Assembly (NCBI GenBank): GCA_032128375.1
Contig: JAQBGU010000055.1
Coordinates: forward strand, 1-48,305
Direction of reading: 5' to 3'
Origin: Deltaproteobacteria bacterium
Lineage (GTDB): Bacteria; Myxococcota_A; UBA9160; SMWR01
Length of the DNA stretch: 48,305 nucleotides
Shown: one piece after another, positions 48,064-48,305 of the stretch
Position numbering within the stretch: position 1 is the first letter of the stretch
Layout: the number at the start of each line of letters is the position of its first letter
Notes under the pieces: model-generated
Told to the model about the DNA's origin: nothing
Seen by the model: only the letters and a program-made list of their open reading frames with translations
Databases searched by the model: none
Program-made: the position numbers and the translations under genes

Positions 48064-48305
48064 TGGCAAAGCAGACCCGCAAACGTGTGTTCATCCTGGG
48101 CGGCGGTGCGTCGCTCGGTGCTCACCAGGTCGGTGTGATCAAGCGTCTGGTCGAACACGGCATCACGCCCGACGCGATCGTCGGGTCTTCGATCGGCGTG
48201 ATCAACGCCTGTATCTACGCGAGCGGTGGCGTCGAGAGCCTGGAGCGCGCATGGCTCGACTTTCCTTCGGTCGCCCGCGTGCTGCGTCCGAGTTTTCGCC
48301 ACAAC
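48063..48305 (+). CDS. Patatin-like phospholipase (partial, runs off the window; absent from the ORF track)
   Basis: Translated by hand: MAKQTRKRVFILGGGASLGAHQVGV...IVGSSIG; TGATG overlap. Confidence 0.88.
   Translation, partial: MAKQTRKRVFILGGGASLGAHQVGVIKRLVEHGITPDAIVGSSIGVINACIYASGGVESLERAWLDFPSVARVLRPSFRHN

Overview
GC-rich bacterial chromosomal window. Gene content (mitochondrial-like spd-type EF-G, many SDRs, LLM oxidoreductase, P450) suggests a deltaproteobacteria/Myxococcota-like organism; this is inference only. It holds tRNA-Ser(CGA), about 45 CDSs (infA, fusA, gltA, efp, etfAB, ctaA, yciH, M16 peptidase pair, ArsS-type radical SAM cluster, WYL regulator) and three broken genes. 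No mobile element or CRISPR array is visible. The best candidate for an undescribed system is an orphan ParA ATPase translationally coupled to a lipid acyltransferase that carries a ~100-aa N-terminal extension with a basic, ParB-like peptide (RGRGGMRGALGRNPF). A degenerate SDR and a patatin follow it, and a second SDR-acyltransferase-patatin module without the extension lies ~5 kb away. This suggests ParA-driven positioning of lipid bodies. Other points: an EF-G-coupled degenerate P-loop protein, a promoter/attenuator/repeat leader before etfBA, several CTAC/GTAG-core intergenic tandem arrays, a perfect FNR-type box and several pseudoenzymes. All family assignments come from motif recognition by eye, not database searches.
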